From NCBI GenBank assembly GCA_041611735.1, contig JBFIML010000011.1, positions 23,527-87,526 on the forward strand: a stretch of DNA of 64,000 nt. The letters are read 5' to 3'. The notes under the pieces are model-generated. The model was not told the origin of the DNA and made no database searches. It was given only the letters and a program-made list of their open reading frames with translations. The stretch's first letter is position 1; each line of letters begins with the position of its first letter. This DNA comes from Myxococcota bacterium (GTDB lineage: Bacteria; Myxococcota_A; UBA9160; PR03). The position numbers were made by a program, and so were the translations under genes. Positions 47,637-58,131 of this stretch are shown piece by piece.

Positions 47637-48356
47637 TCAGGGCGCGACCCCGAGCTGCATGCGGGGCAGGCGCGCCATGCGCTCCTGGATGTAGGCGGCG
47701 AGGCGCCGCGCCGTCTCGCCGTCCAGAGCCAGGAAGCGCAGTCCCATGCCCGTCGGCGTGTCGTCGCTGCCGGCGCGCGTCCACATCACCTCGGCGGTGG
47801 AGGCCAGGGTCTCGGAGGTCTCGGGCAGCGGCAGCTCGAGACCGAGCCGGGTGCGCGGCGTGTGGGCAGTGAGACACTCCACGAAGAGGCCGCCGCGGGA
47901 GAGGTTGCGCGCGGTGCCCCAGCTCTCGCCGCGCGTGTCCTCGAGCCGGACCGGCGTGCGCAGGTCGATGCGCGGCTGGCCCAGGGGCTTGAGGGGCTGG
48001 AAGAAGCGGTTGACGGATTCGAGCAACGCAGCGCGCTCCACGGGCTTCGGGAGCACGTCCACGGCGCCGGCCTCGATGGCGCGCGCCCGGTCCTGGGAGC
48101 GCTGGCTGGCGCTCAGCATCACGATCGGGATGTCCGCCAGCTTGGGATCGTCCTTGAACGTGTGGCACAGGGTCGGCCCGTCGAGGCCCGGCATCAGGAG
48201 GTCCGCCACCACGAGGTCCGGGTGCTCGTGGCGCGCCAGGCGCAGCGCCTCCTCACCGCTCGAGGCCGTGAGCACCCGGCCGATGCGCGAGAGGTAGAGC
48301 GCCTCGAGCTCGCGCAGGAGCGGCACGTCCTCGACCACCAGGATCGTCCGCCTCAC
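47637..48356 (-). CDS. Response regulator receiver + PilZ domain protein
   Basis: ILVVED, DLLMPGLDG, KP; NLSRGGLF, GMGLRF. Confidence 0.88.
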   Translation of the reverse strand: MRRTILVVEDVPLLRELEALYLSRIGRVLTASSGEEALRLARHEHPDLVVADLLMPGLDGPTLCHTFKDDPKLADIPIVMLSASQRSQDRARAIEAGAVDVLPKPVERAALLESVNRFFQPLKPLGQPRIDLRTPVRLEDTRGESWGTARNLSRGGLFVECLTAHTPRTRLGLELPLPETSETLASTAEVMWTRAGSDDTPTGMGLRFLALDGETARRLAAYIQERMARLPRMQLGVAP

Positions 48357-48391
48357 CTCGCCCGCCTCCCTTCCACGCCGCGGGGCGCGAC

Positions 48392-48832
48392 CTAGCCGTG
48401 CGGTGCGCCGGGCGCGGGGCTTTCTTCGAACACGGGGCGGACCCGCCATCGGTTCGTCTCCGTCTCGCGGTACCAGTGCTGACGCTCCTCCAGGGCGACG
48501 GTGGTGGCGGTGGCCAGGCTGTAGGCGCTGTAGGTGACCCGCACCGTGGCCTCCTGCCCGTGCGGGTCCACCTCGAAGGCGCGCACTTCGTAGTCGGTGA
48601 AGCGTACGTGGGCGAACCCCGCGGTGCGCGCCCGGTAAGCGTCGCGCAGCTCGGGCGCCACGTACTCGCCGGCCCGATCGAACTCGGCCCAGCGCACGAG
48701 ACGCGTGTAGTGCTTGTGGGACGCCTCGAGGGCGTGGTCCTCGGCAAACGGGTCGAGCCCGCCCGCGGCGCACGCCCCGGCGAGGGCGGCCACCAGGGCC
48801 AGGCCCACGCGTCCCGCGATGCGTTTCCCCAC
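48392..48832 (-). CDS. Hypothetical lipoprotein
   Basis: LAGAC lipobox-like; YTRLVRWAEFDRA. Confidence 0.72.
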   Translation of the reverse strand: MGKRIAGRVGLALVAALAGACAAGGLDPFAEDHALEASHKHYTRLVRWAEFDRAGEYVAPELRDAYRARTAGFAHVRFTDYEVRAFEVDPHGQEATVRVTYSAYSLATATTVALEERQHWYRETETNRWRVRPVFEESPAPGAPHG

Positions 48833-48952
48833 GAGGGTGCGTATCGGCCTTCCGGGGCCCGACGTTGAGGGCACGTGTGATAACCTGCGCATCGTTTCCC
48901 CCGCGGGGGGCTTTCGGCTTGGAAAGCCCGCCGGAAGGCCTCCGGGAGGTGC

Positions 48953-49918
48953 ATGGCGCTGCTCCTCGGTATCGACGTGGGCGGCACCAAGGTGGCCTTC
49001 GGCCTCGGCGACGAGACGGGCCGGCTGCGGGCGCGCCAGCGGCGCCCGACGGAGCCGACCCGGGACCCGCAGCGCGATCTGGCGCGCATCGTGGCGGATG
49101 CCCGCCGCCTCCTGGAGGAGGCGGGGGTCGCGCCCCGGGAGCTGACGGCCGTCGGCGTCTCCCTGCCCGGGCCCCTGGATCTCGAGCGCGGCGAGATCCT
49201 GAATCCGCCCAACCTGCCGGGCTGGAAGCGCGTCGCGGTGCGCGATCCCCTGGCGGAGGCGCTGGGCGTGCCCGTGCATCTCGAGAACGACGCCAACGCC
49301 GCTGCCCTGGCCGAGTGGCGCTTCGGCGCGGGCCGCGGCTTGCAGCACGTGGTGTACCTGACCATGTCTACGGGCGTGGGCGGGGGGCTCGTGCTGGGCG
49401 GGCGTCTCTACCGCGGCGTCCTGGCCAGCGCGGGCGAGGTGGGCCACATCCCCGTGGAGTGGGAGGGCGAGCCCTGCAACTGCGGCCTGCGCGGCTGCCT
49501 CGAGGCCTACGTGGGGGGCGCGTCGCTCACGCGGCGGCTGCGGGCGGTGGCGCCCGCCGACGGGCGCGTGGCGGCCCTGGCGGGGGGCCGCGAGCAGGCG
49601 ACCCCGGAGCACCTGGTGGCGGCGGCTCGCGAGGGCGACGCCTTCGCCCTGGGCGAGATGGCGCGCTTCAACGACTACCTGGCCCGGGCGCTGGTGACGC
49701 TGGGCTTCGTGCTGGCTCCGGAGGCGGTGCTGCTCGGCACCATCGCGCGCGCCGCCGGCGAGGCGCTCTGCTTCGCGCCGCTGCGCGAGCGGTTGCGGCG
49801 TCACGCCTGGGCCTCCGTGGCGGAGCGCATGCAGATCCTGCCCGCCGCCCTGGGCGAGGAGCTGCCCTACCTGGCTGGGCTGTGCGCGGCCCTGGAGGGC
49901 TCCGCGCCGGAGTCCTAG
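48953..49918 (+). CDS. ROK family kinase (glucokinase)
   Basis: IDVGGTK, ENDANAAALAE, GEVGH, CNCG..GCLE. Confidence 0.92.
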   Translation: MALLLGIDVGGTKVAFGLGDETGRLRARQRRPTEPTRDPQRDLARIVADARRLLEEAGVAPRELTAVGVSLPGPLDLERGEILNPPNLPGWKRVAVRDPLAEALGVPVHLENDANAAALAEWRFGAGRGLQHVVYLTMSTGVGGGLVLGGRLYRGVLASAGEVGHIPVEWEGEPCNCGLRGCLEAYVGGASLTRRLRAVAPADGRVAALAGGREQATPEHLVAAAREGDAFALGEMARFNDYLARALVTLGFVLAPEAVLLGTIARAAGEALCFAPLRERLRRHAWASVAERMQILPAALGEELPYLAGLCAALEGSAPES

Positions 49919-51603
49919 CGGCGCTCCAGGCGCGCCAGCTCCCGGGCCAGGGCTTCGGCCTCCCGGCGCGGCCCGTCGAGGCTGTCGAAGAGCGCGGGCA
50001 GCCGCTCGCCTGTGGCGCGACCCACCTGCAGGATGCGCGCCACGGTCCCGGAGACCGCTTCGCTGGCCCGGGCATGGGACTGGGTGTTCTCGCGGATGGC
50101 GCGGATGCGGCGCGTGATGGCCTGCATGCTCTCCTGGATGAAGCGCCCGCTCTCGCGCTGCTCCTGGGTGGAGCGGTGCACCTGCCCGCACAGCTCGAGG
50201 GCGGCCTGGGCGTTGCGCAGGATCTGCTCGCTGGCGCGCTGCTGCTCGTCCATGGCGGTGGTGATCTGCTGGACCATCTCGGAGGTGCGCTGGGCCGCGT
50301 CGGCCACGTGCTTGGAGTTGCGGGTCTGCTCGGCGGCGGCCCGCGCGATCTCCGCCACCCGCGAGGAGGCGTCGTGGGCCGAGGCGCGGATCGAGTCGAG
50401 GGCGGTGCCGGCCCGGCGCGAGCGCTCGACGCCGGCCTCCACCGCCGCCGTGCCGCCGTCCGTGGCGCGCACCACGTTCGAGCACTCCTCCTGCACGGCG
50501 CGGATCAGCCGCTCGATCTCCTGCATGCTGGAGGCGGTGCGCTGGGCCAGCGTCTTCACGTGGTTCGCCACCACCGCGAAGGCCTTGCCCTGCTCGCCGG
50601 CCTGGGCGGCGATGATGGCGGCGTTCAGGGACAGCAGGTGGGTCTCGTCGTTGATCGCGCCGATCACGTCCAGGATCTCGCCGATCTCGCCGATCCGTTG
50701 CGCCAGGCGCTCGAGCACCTGGCGCGAGGCCAGGGCGTGGGTGCGGATGCTCTGGATGCCGTCGATGGTGGCCTCCACCGCGCCGGAGCCGCCCTCCGCC
50801 TCGTGACTCACCCGCTCGGTGAGCACGGCCGCCTCGCGCACGTGCTCGCTCACCTCCCGGATGGCGCGGTCCATCTGCACGATGGCCGCGGCGGTCTCCT
50901 CGGCCATGCCCTGCACCGCGTCGACGCTCGCCGCCACCTGACGGATGCTCGCCCCGACCTGGTGGATCGAAGCGGTGGAGGAGTCCACGGAGTCGTGGAG
51001 GGCGCCGCTGCTGCGCGCCACCTCGTCCACGGAGCTCCCCATCTGGAGGATCGAGGCGGAGGCCTCGTCGGTGGCGCCGGAGAGGCTCTCGAGCTCGGCG
51101 TTGATGGCCTGGATGGAGGCGTTGATGTCGGCCAGCAGCGCCGCGGTCTCCTCGATGGCCTCCTCCTGGCTCTCGCCGCCCCGGGCCACGGCCTGGAGCG
51201 CCGCGGCCGCGCTCTCCGGGAAGCGCCCGGTGGCCTCCACCACCGCCCGGGCGCGGGTCACCACCGCCTCGAGCGTGGCGCCGAGGGCATTGGTGGCCTC
51301 GGCCAGGGGCGCCGCCTCGCCCAGGGCCGCGGCATCGAGGCGCGTCGCCACCTCGCCCGCCGCGAGGCGCCGCAGGGCGTCCTCCAGCTCCGCGTGGGCA
51401 CGGGCCAGGCGGGCGAGGACGCGGTGGGCCAGGGCCAGGGCCGCCGCGCAGCCGATCGCCGCCACGCCGAGGCCCACGCCGAGGCTTCCGCTGGCGTGGG
51501 CGGCGGCCAGGGCGGTTCCGGTGAGGGTCACCAGGGCGGCGCCGGCCACCAGCAGCCAGCGCGCAGTGGCCTCGGATCCTGCGCTGCGGCGCTGCGGCTC
51601 CAC
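49915..51603 (-). CDS. Methyl-accepting chemotaxis protein
   Basis: Two TMs, HAMP, LLSLNAAIIAAQAGEQGKAFAVVA. Confidence 0.9.
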   Translation of the reverse strand: MEPQRRSAGSEATARWLLVAGAALVTLTGTALAAAHASGSLGVGLGVAAIGCAAALALAHRVLARLARAHAELEDALRRLAAGEVATRLDAAALGEAAPLAEATNALGATLEAVVTRARAVVEATGRFPESAAAALQAVARGGESQEEAIEETAALLADINASIQAINAELESLSGATDEASASILQMGSSVDEVARSSGALHDSVDSSTASIHQVGASIRQVAASVDAVQGMAEETAAAIVQMDRAIREVSEHVREAAVLTERVSHEAEGGSGAVEATIDGIQSIRTHALASRQVLERLAQRIGEIGEILDVIGAINDETHLLSLNAAIIAAQAGEQGKAFAVVANHVKTLAQRTASSMQEIERLIRAVQEECSNVVRATDGGTAAVEAGVERSRRAGTALDSIRASAHDASSRVAEIARAAAEQTRNSKHVADAAQRTSEMVQQITTAMDEQQRASEQILRNAQAALELCGQVHRSTQEQRESGRFIQESMQAITRRIRAIRENTQSHARASEAVSGTVARILQVGRATGERLPALFDSLDGPRREAEALARELARLERR

Positions 51604-51682
51604 GCGACCTCCCCGGACCGGCGCCCGGATGCGCAGGATCGGCTGGAACCCCGCCGGTCTTGAGGACTTCGCTCGACGGCTC

Positions 51683-52810
51683 CTAGCCGCGCGCGGCGAA
51701 CGCATGGCGCAGGGCGGCGAGACGCCCCGCCGCGATCGCCCCGCGCGCCTGCTCCAGCAGCCGCAGCGTGAAGCGCAGGTTGTGCTGGGAGGCGAGGCGG
51801 GCGCCGAGCATCTCCTTCTCGCGCAGCAGGTGGTGGAGATAGGCGCGCGAGTGGCGGGCGCAGGTCGGGCAGTCGCAGGCCGGGTCCGGCGGCGCGTCGT
51901 CGTCCCGGAAGCGCGCGTTGCGCAGGCGCAGGGGGCCGTTCCGGGTGAAGAGCACGCCGTGGCGCCCGTTGCGGGTCGGGAGCACGCAGTCGAAGAGGTC
52001 CACGCCCCGGGCCACCGCGGCGAGCAGGTCCTCGGCCCGGCCGATGCCCATGGCGTAGCGCGGCGCCTGCTCGGGAAGCTCGTCGCCGGCCACGGCCAGG
52101 AGCTCCTCGCGGCGCTCGGCCGCCTCGCCGAGTCCGAGCCCACCGTGGGCGTAGCCGTCGAAGCCCAGCGAGACGGTGGCCCGGGCGCTGGCCCGGCGCA
52201 GCTCCGGGAACACGCCCCCCTGCACGATGCCGAACAGGGCCTGGTCGCGTCGGCGGCGAGCGCGCCGGCAGCGCTCCGCCCAGCGCAGCGTGCGCTCGCT
52301 GGCGGCCCGGGCCCGCAGGCGGGCGCCGTCCTCGCGCGGGTCGCCGTGCCAGGCCAGCGGGCGGCACTCGTCCAGGGCCAGGATCAGGTCGGCGCCCAGG
52401 GCCTCCTGGATGCCGATGGCACTCTCGGGGGTCAGGCGGCGGGCGCGCCCGTCGCGGGGCGAGCGGAAGGTGACGCCCTCCTCGTCCACCTCGCTGCGAT
52501 CCGCCAGGGAGGTGACCTGGAAGCCGCCACTGTCCGTGAGCCAGGGCCCGCGCCAGCCCGTGAAGCCGTGCAGTCCGCCGAGCCCGGCCACCACCGCATC
52601 GCTGGGGCGCTCGTGCAGGTGATAGGCGTTGGCGAGCAGCACCTGGGCGCCGAGGGCGCGCAGCTCCTCCGGCGCGTGACCCCGCACCGCACCGAAGCTG
52701 GCCACCGGCATGAAGGCCGGCGTCTCGATCACGCCGTGGGGCGTCGTGTAGCGGCCGGCCCGGGCATCGCCGTCGCGGGCCACGACCTCGAAGCGGAATC
52801 CTTCGCCCAC
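51683..52810 (-). CDS. tgt: tRNA-guanine transglycosylase
   Basis: TPAFMPV, TDSGGFQV, DEC, GIVQGG, FDCVLPTR, CDCPTC. Confidence 0.96.
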   Translation of the reverse strand: MGEGFRFEVVARDGDARAGRYTTPHGVIETPAFMPVASFGAVRGHAPEELRALGAQVLLANAYHLHERPSDAVVAGLGGLHGFTGWRGPWLTDSGGFQVTSLADRSEVDEEGVTFRSPRDGRARRLTPESAIGIQEALGADLILALDECRPLAWHGDPREDGARLRARAASERTLRWAERCRRARRRRDQALFGIVQGGVFPELRRASARATVSLGFDGYAHGGLGLGEAAERREELLAVAGDELPEQAPRYAMGIGRAEDLLAAVARGVDLFDCVLPTRNGRHGVLFTRNGPLRLRNARFRDDDAPPDPACDCPTCARHSRAYLHHLLREKEMLGARLASQHNLRFTLRLLEQARGAIAAGRLAALRHAFAARG

Positions 52811-52819
52811 GACCGCCGC

Positions 52820-53845
52820 CTAGAGGATCAGCATGGCGTCGCCGTAGGAGTAGAAGCGGTAGCCCCGGCGCACCGCCTCGGCGTAGGCGGCCAGCACCGG
52901 CTTGCGGCCCGCGAAGGCGGCCACCAGCAGCAGCAGCGAGGAGCGGGGCAGGTGGAAGTTGGTGAGGAGCCCGTCCACCACGCGGAACGCGGCGCCCGGG
53001 CGCAGGAAGAGCTCGGTCTCTCCGGCTCCGGCCCGCAGCAGCCCGTCCGGCCCGGCGCAGGTCTCGAGCACGCGCGTCGTGGTGGTCCCGACCGCCACCA
53101 CGCGCCCGCCTCGGGTGCGCGTGCGCGCCACCGCGTCCGCGGTGGCCGCGGGGAGCTCGTAGCGCTCCGGGAAGAGCCGGCCCGCGGCCAGGTCCTCGGG
53201 CCGCAGCGGGCGGAAGCTGCCGGGCCCCACGTGCAGCACCACCTCGGCCCGCTCGACCCCCGCCGCCTCCAGGCGGGCGAGGAGCGTCGCGCCCAGGTGC
53301 AAGCCGGCCGTCGGCGCCGCCACCGCGCCGGGCACGCGGGCGAAGACGGTCTGGTAGCGCTCCGCGTCGGCGGGGTGCGGTGCCGCGCGCCGCACGTAGG
53401 GCGGAAGCGGCGTCTCGCCCACGGCGTAGGGGGAGGCCTCGGGCGCGAAGGCGAGCACCGCCTCACCCTCCGCGGCGAGGGCTGCCACCTCGGCGTCCAG
53501 GGGGCCGAAGCGGAGCTTCGCCCCCACGCGCACGCGCCCGCGCACCAGGGCGCGCCAGCGGCCGCCGCCCGTCACATGGGCGCCCAGGATCAGCGCCTCC
53601 ACGCGCCCGCCGCTCGTCTTGCGTCCGCGCAGGCGGGCCGGCAGCACGCGCGTGGCGTTGACGACCAGGAGGTCGCCGGGGCGCAGCCAGCCCGGCAGCT
53701 CCGCCACGCGGGCGTGGGCGCGGGAGCCGTCGCGGCGGTGGAGGATCAGCAGGCGCGCCGCCTCGCGCTCCGGCGCCGGGTGCTGGGCGATGCGCTCCGG
53801 CGGGAGCGGGTAGTCGAAGGCGGCGAGGTCGAGCTCACTCGCCAC
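52820..53845 (-). CDS. queA: SAM:tRNA ribosyltransferase-isomerase
   Basis: AAPTAGLH, LHVGPG, VGTT, LLTNFHLP, YRFYSYGDAM. Confidence 0.97.
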   Translation of the reverse strand: MASELDLAAFDYPLPPERIAQHPAPEREAARLLILHRRDGSRAHARVAELPGWLRPGDLLVVNATRVLPARLRGRKTSGGRVEALILGAHVTGGGRWRALVRGRVRVGAKLRFGPLDAEVAALAAEGEAVLAFAPEASPYAVGETPLPPYVRRAAPHPADAERYQTVFARVPGAVAAPTAGLHLGATLLARLEAAGVERAEVVLHVGPGSFRPLRPEDLAAGRLFPERYELPAATADAVARTRTRGGRVVAVGTTTTRVLETCAGPDGLLRAGAGETELFLRPGAAFRVVDGLLTNFHLPRSSLLLLVAAFAGRKPVLAAYAEAVRRGYRFYSYGDAMLIL

Positions 53846-55109
53846 GTGCAGGCTCCCCGACCAGGGCCGCGCGCAGCGCTGGCGACTCGGCGATGGCGTC
53901 GTAGGAGAAGAGCGCGAGGCCCGCCGGCCCGGCCGCCCCGGCCAGCTGGAGCTGCGCCGTGATGCGTTCCGGCCGCTCTGCGAACAGCCACGCGCCGAGC
54001 CCGATCCACACCCGGTCGCCTCCCACGCCCCCCGTGTACCCGTGGGCCAGGTAGCGCAGCAGGCGGTCGTCCAGCGTGTACGCCATGGGCACCGCGAAGT
54101 CGAGCAGCCCCGCGTCGAGCCAGCCGCGCCAGTCCTGGAAGATCGCCAGGTAGGCGCGATCCGCGTAGGCCCACACCGCCGCCGAGACCGCCACCCCCGG
54201 ACGCACGGCGCGGACGGCGACCGCGACCTGGCGCACGACGTCCGTCACCCGCTCGCGGCGCCAGTCGTCCCAGGCGTTGGCGTTGGCGAGGGAGTCGCCG
54301 AAGGGGGCGACGCGGCCCGTCTCGGCCCGGAAGCGTTCCCGAGACGCCGGGCCGTAGCCGAAGTCGAGGCCCACGCCGAAGCGCGAGCCGGGCGAGAAGG
54401 GCAGCACGTCCGGGTGGCGGATGTAATCGAGGTGCACGCCGTCCAGCCCCGGGTAGCGCGCCACCAGCTCGCCGGTGATGGCGGCCAGGCGCTCGGCCAG
54501 GCCCGGGGCGGCGGGGTCGAGCCAGACGTGGGGGGTGCCCATGCGGTACCAGCCGCGATCCGGCTCCGGCACCTCGAGGTCCGGGTATTCGAGCACCGAG
54601 CGACCGCGGCGGTCCACGTGCACGATCCCCGGACCAAGCTCGCGGAGCAGAGCGCTGTCGCGGCGGGTGGCCAGGGAGAGGGCGTTCACCCAGGCGTGCA
54701 CCCGCAGCCCCGCCGCCTGGGCCCGGGCGATCAGGCTCGCCAGCGGGTCCTCGCCGGTGGCTGTGCGGATCGCCTGGTAGGGGGTCGCGTCGGCCAGGGA
54801 GGCGTCGAACCAGGCCCGCCCGCCCCGGAAGACCTGCACGAACAGGTCCGTCGCGCCGAGGGCACGCGCGTCCTCCACCAGCTGGACGCCGCGCCCGGGC
54901 GCGTCCAGGACGCGCAGCGATCCCTCGCACGGGACCCAGAGGGCGAGCCGGGGGGCAGGTGCCGGCGGCGGGGAAGGCGAGGGCGGCGGCGCGAGCGCAC
55001 CGCGTGCGCTCGCGGGCTCCTCGGGCTCGGGTCGCCCGCAGGAGGGGGCGCAGAGCAGGAGCCCGCTTGCGACGAGGCCGACGAGGGCGCTGGCGGGCCG
55101 GCGCGGCAA
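53835..55109 (-). CDS. Glycosyl hydrolase-like 10 (GHL10) lipoprotein
   Basis: VHAWVN, WLDPA, DGVHLDYIR, QDW..W, PMAY. Confidence 0.85.
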   Translation of the reverse strand: MPRRPASALVGLVASGLLLCAPSCGRPEPEEPASARGALAPPPSPSPPPAPAPRLALWVPCEGSLRVLDAPGRGVQLVEDARALGATDLFVQVFRGGRAWFDASLADATPYQAIRTATGEDPLASLIARAQAAGLRVHAWVNALSLATRRDSALLRELGPGIVHVDRRGRSVLEYPDLEVPEPDRGWYRMGTPHVWLDPAAPGLAERLAAITGELVARYPGLDGVHLDYIRHPDVLPFSPGSRFGVGLDFGYGPASRERFRAETGRVAPFGDSLANANAWDDWRRERVTDVVRQVAVAVRAVRPGVAVSAAVWAYADRAYLAIFQDWRGWLDAGLLDFAVPMAYTLDDRLLRYLAHGYTGGVGGDRVWIGLGAWLFAERPERITAQLQLAGAAGPAGLALFSYDAIAESPALRAALVGEPARGE

Positions 55110-55168
55110 GGCGTCGGGAGCCTAACGCGACGTTGACACGGCCGCCGCCTTTCGCACACTGCGCCGCG

Positions 55169-57181
55169 ATGGGGAGGGGACGAGCGCTGGCAGGCGTGTT
55201 CTCGCTCGCGCTGCTCGGGACGCTGGTTGCGGGTCCCGAACTGGCGGAGCAGCTCGCGGAGCGGCCGGGCACGGCGCTGCGCTTGGCCCTCGCCCTGGCA
55301 CGCCGGGGCGACGTGGAGCAGGGCGCCGCGCGGGTGGCGCGGATCGGCGAGCGCCACCCGGAGATCGCGGACCACGCGGGGCTGCTCGAGGCGGAGCTCT
55401 GGCTCGAGGCCGGGCGCGCCGAGGAGGCGCTGCGCGCGGCCCTGCGCGCCATCGCCGGAGATCCGCGCTCGCCCATCCTCCATCGCCTGCACCGGGCGGT
55501 GGGCGACGCGCACCGCGCCGCCGGCGCGGAGGCCCAGGCGCGCGCGGCGTGGGAGTCGGCGCTGGCCGCGGGTCCTCCCGGCTCCCAGCGCGCCGTCCTG
55601 CAGCTGGCCGGGGCGGAGTCCCTGGAGCGGGACGGGCTCCTCGAAGCGGCTGCGCGCGCCTACGCCCGGCTCTGGGTCGAGCGTCCCACCGCCCCCGAGG
55701 CGAGCCGGGCCGCGGAGCGCCTCGACGCCCTCGAGGCGCGGCTCGAGCGCTCCTTCCGTAGCAACCGCGACTGGCGGCGACGCGGCGACCTGCTCTTCCG
55801 CCACAATCACACCGAAAGTGCCCTGGCGGCCTACGAGACGGCGCTGGCGCGCGGGCTCACCATTGGCGAGCGCCACCGGGCCGAGCGCCAGCGCGCCCAC
55901 TGTCTGTTCCGCATGCGCCGCTACAAGGAGGCGGTGGAGGCCTTCGGCGCCCTCGGCAAGGACGACGAGGCGCGTCTCTGGCAGGCGCGGGCACGGGCCC
56001 GCAGCGGCCAGGTGGAGCGTGCCATCGCCGAGCTCGAGGCGATCGGCCGGCGCCCCACGGGCCGGCTCGCGGTGTGGGCGCAGCTGCTGGCGGCGCTGCT
56101 GCTGGAGGACGAAGGCGAGATCCCCCGGGCCCGCACGCTCTACGCCTCCGTGGCGAACTTCGGCCGCCAGCGCGATTTCGAGGGTGCGGCCCTGTGGCGG
56201 CTCGGTTGGACCGCCTGGCGGGAGAAGCGCTTCGACGAGGCCCGCGAGCGTCTCGAGGTGCTGGCGGTGCGCGACCCGGACCCGATCGATCGCCTGCGGG
56301 CCCGCTACTGGGCAGCGCGCTCCCTGGAGGAGAAGGATCCCGAGGCAGCGCGCGCCGCCCTCGACCGCCTGGCCATCGAGTATCCGTTCTCGTACTACGG
56401 CTGGCGCGCGGCCCAGCGGATCGGTCGCCCGGCCGGCGGCGGGGAGGGCGCCGTCTCGCTTCCGCGCGGGCGGGTCGCCATTCCGGAGCGCGAGCTGGCG
56501 CGGCCGCGCATCCTGCTGGAGGCGGGGCTGACCGAGCGGGCGCTCGGCGAGCTGGCGCGCCTGGAGGGCTCGGCGCGGGGCCTCTCGGATCGTCTCGACC
56601 TGGCGCGCCTCTACGCCGACGCGGGCAGCTTCGACGGCGCGCGCCGCGTGCTGGTGATCCCCTACGCGGAGACCCTGGCCCGCGGCCCGGCCCAGGGCTT
56701 CGAGGAGGTCTGGTGGCTCTCATGGCCGGATGCCTACGCGGAGCTCGTGCGCGAGTCGGTGGCCGGCGACGCGTTGATCGTGCCGGAGCTGGTCTTCGCC
56801 GTGATGCGCGAGGAGAGCGGCTACCAGCCGGATGCGGTCTCCACCGCCGGCGCCCTGGGCCTGCTCCAGATCATGCCGTCCACCGGCACGCGCCTGGCGG
56901 ACCAGCTCGGCCTGGCGGGCTTCGCGCCGCACGACCTGCTGCAGCCCCCCGTGAACATCCGTCTCGGCGGCTTCTACCTGGACCGCCTGACTCGACGCTT
57001 CGACGGCAATCTCTCCGCCGCCGTGGCCAGCTACAACGCGGGCCCCGAGGCGGTGGCGCGCTGGCTCGCCGCCACCCCCCTCGACGACGACGAGTGGGTG
57101 GAGGCGATCCCGTACTCCCAGACCCGCGCCTACGTGAAGCGCGTGCTGCGCAGCTTCGAGATCTACCGGGTGCTGTATTGA
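55169..57181 (+). CDS. slt: Soluble lytic transglycosylase with TPR-like repeats
   Basis: MREES, GALGLLQIMP.T, ASYNAG, TRAYVKRV; TTGACA-16bp-CACACT upstream at 55133-55160. Confidence 0.9.
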   Translation: MGRGRALAGVFSLALLGTLVAGPELAEQLAERPGTALRLALALARRGDVEQGAARVARIGERHPEIADHAGLLEAELWLEAGRAEEALRAALRAIAGDPRSPILHRLHRAVGDAHRAAGAEAQARAAWESALAAGPPGSQRAVLQLAGAESLERDGLLEAAARAYARLWVERPTAPEASRAAERLDALEARLERSFRSNRDWRRRGDLLFRHNHTESALAAYETALARGLTIGERHRAERQRAHCLFRMRRYKEAVEAFGALGKDDEARLWQARARARSGQVERAIAELEAIGRRPTGRLAVWAQLLAALLLEDEGEIPRARTLYASVANFGRQRDFEGAALWRLGWTAWREKRFDEARERLEVLAVRDPDPIDRLRARYWAARSLEEKDPEAARAALDRLAIEYPFSYYGWRAAQRIGRPAGGGEGAVSLPRGRVAIPERELARPRILLEAGLTERALGELARLEGSARGLSDRLDLARLYADAGSFDGARRVLVIPYAETLARGPAQGFEEVWWLSWPDAYAELVRESVAGDALIVPELVFAVMREESGYQPDAVSTAGALGLLQIMPSTGTRLADQLGLAGFAPHDLLQPPVNIRLGGFYLDRLTRRFDGNLSAAVASYNAGPEAVARWLAATPLDDDEWVEAIPYSQTRAYVKRVLRSFEIYRVLY

Positions 57182-58131
57182 CGGAGCGCGCCTTCGACGT
57201 CCTGGGCGTCGGGCAGAACTCCCTGGACCACGTCTGCACGCTGGACGGCCTGCCGGCCTTCGCCGGCAAGGCGGCGATGCAGGGCTACGCCCGCCTGCCG
57301 GGCGGGCAGGTGGCCACGGCGCTCCTGGCCTGCACGCGCCTCGGCCTGCGCACCCGCTACGTGGGGCGGGTGGGGGACGACGAGGCGGCCGCGGTGGTGC
57401 TGGCGCCGCTGCGCGCGGCCGGGGTCGACGTCGATGCCGTGCAGCGCGTTCCGGGCGCCTCCACCCAGCTCGCGGTGATCCTGGTGGACCGCGCGAGTGG
57501 CGAGCGCACGGTGCTCTGGTACCGCGACCCGCGCCTGCGCCTCCAGCCCGAGGACGTGCCCGCGGGCCTGGTGGAGGCGGCGCGCCTCCTGCACCTGGAC
57601 GGGGGCGACCCGGAGTCCACGGCGCGGGCTGCCGAGCGCGCGCGCCGCGCGGGCATTCCGGTGCTGCTCGACGCGGACGCGCCGGGCGCGGGCATCGAGA
57701 AGCTCCTCGCCCACGTGGATTTCCCTATCGTCTCGCGCGGGTTCGCCGAAACGTTTTCCGGGACCGGATCGGTGCGGGACGGCCTCGACCGGCTGCTCGG
57801 GCTCGGCGCTCGCCTCGCGGTCGTGACGCTCGGCGCAGACGGGGCGCTGGCCCGGGACGGCCGGAGCGAGATCGAGAGCGCGGGCTTCCGGGTCACGCCG
57901 CGGGACACCACGGGCGCCGGCGACGTCTTCCACGCCGCCTTCGCCTGGGCGCTGCTCCGGGGACTCGATGCCGAGCGCATGCTCCGCATGGCCAACGCCG
58001 CGGCGGCGTTGGCTTGCCTGGCTCCGGGGGCCCAGGGGGGGCTCCCGACCCGGTCGGAGCTCGAGGCCTTTCTCGCCCGCCACGAGCCCGGTCCGTGGCG
58101 CGACCCGGACGCGCCGAGGAGGAAGCCATGA
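57178..58131 (+). CDS. PfkB family carbohydrate kinase
   Basis: GG..ATA, VTLGADG, DTTGAGDVF; TTGA overlap. Confidence 0.92.
   Translation: MTERAFDVLGVGQNSLDHVCTLDGLPAFAGKAAMQGYARLPGGQVATALLACTRLGLRTRYVGRVGDDEAAAVVLAPLRAAGVDVDAVQRVPGASTQLAVILVDRASGERTVLWYRDPRLRLQPEDVPAGLVEAARLLHLDGGDPESTARAAERARRAGIPVLLDADAPGAGIEKLLAHVDFPIVSRGFAETFSGTGSVRDGLDRLLGLGARLAVVTLGADGALARDGRSEIESAGFRVTPRDTTGAGDVFHAAFAWALLRGLDAERMLRMANAAAALACLAPGAQGGLPTRSELEAFLARHEPGPWRDPDAPRRKP

Noticed and set aside
51683-52810. tgt as a DNA-modifying DpdA or queuine-salvage variant
   Set aside because: Canonical motifs and direct adjacency to queA indicate an ordinary bacterial Tgt
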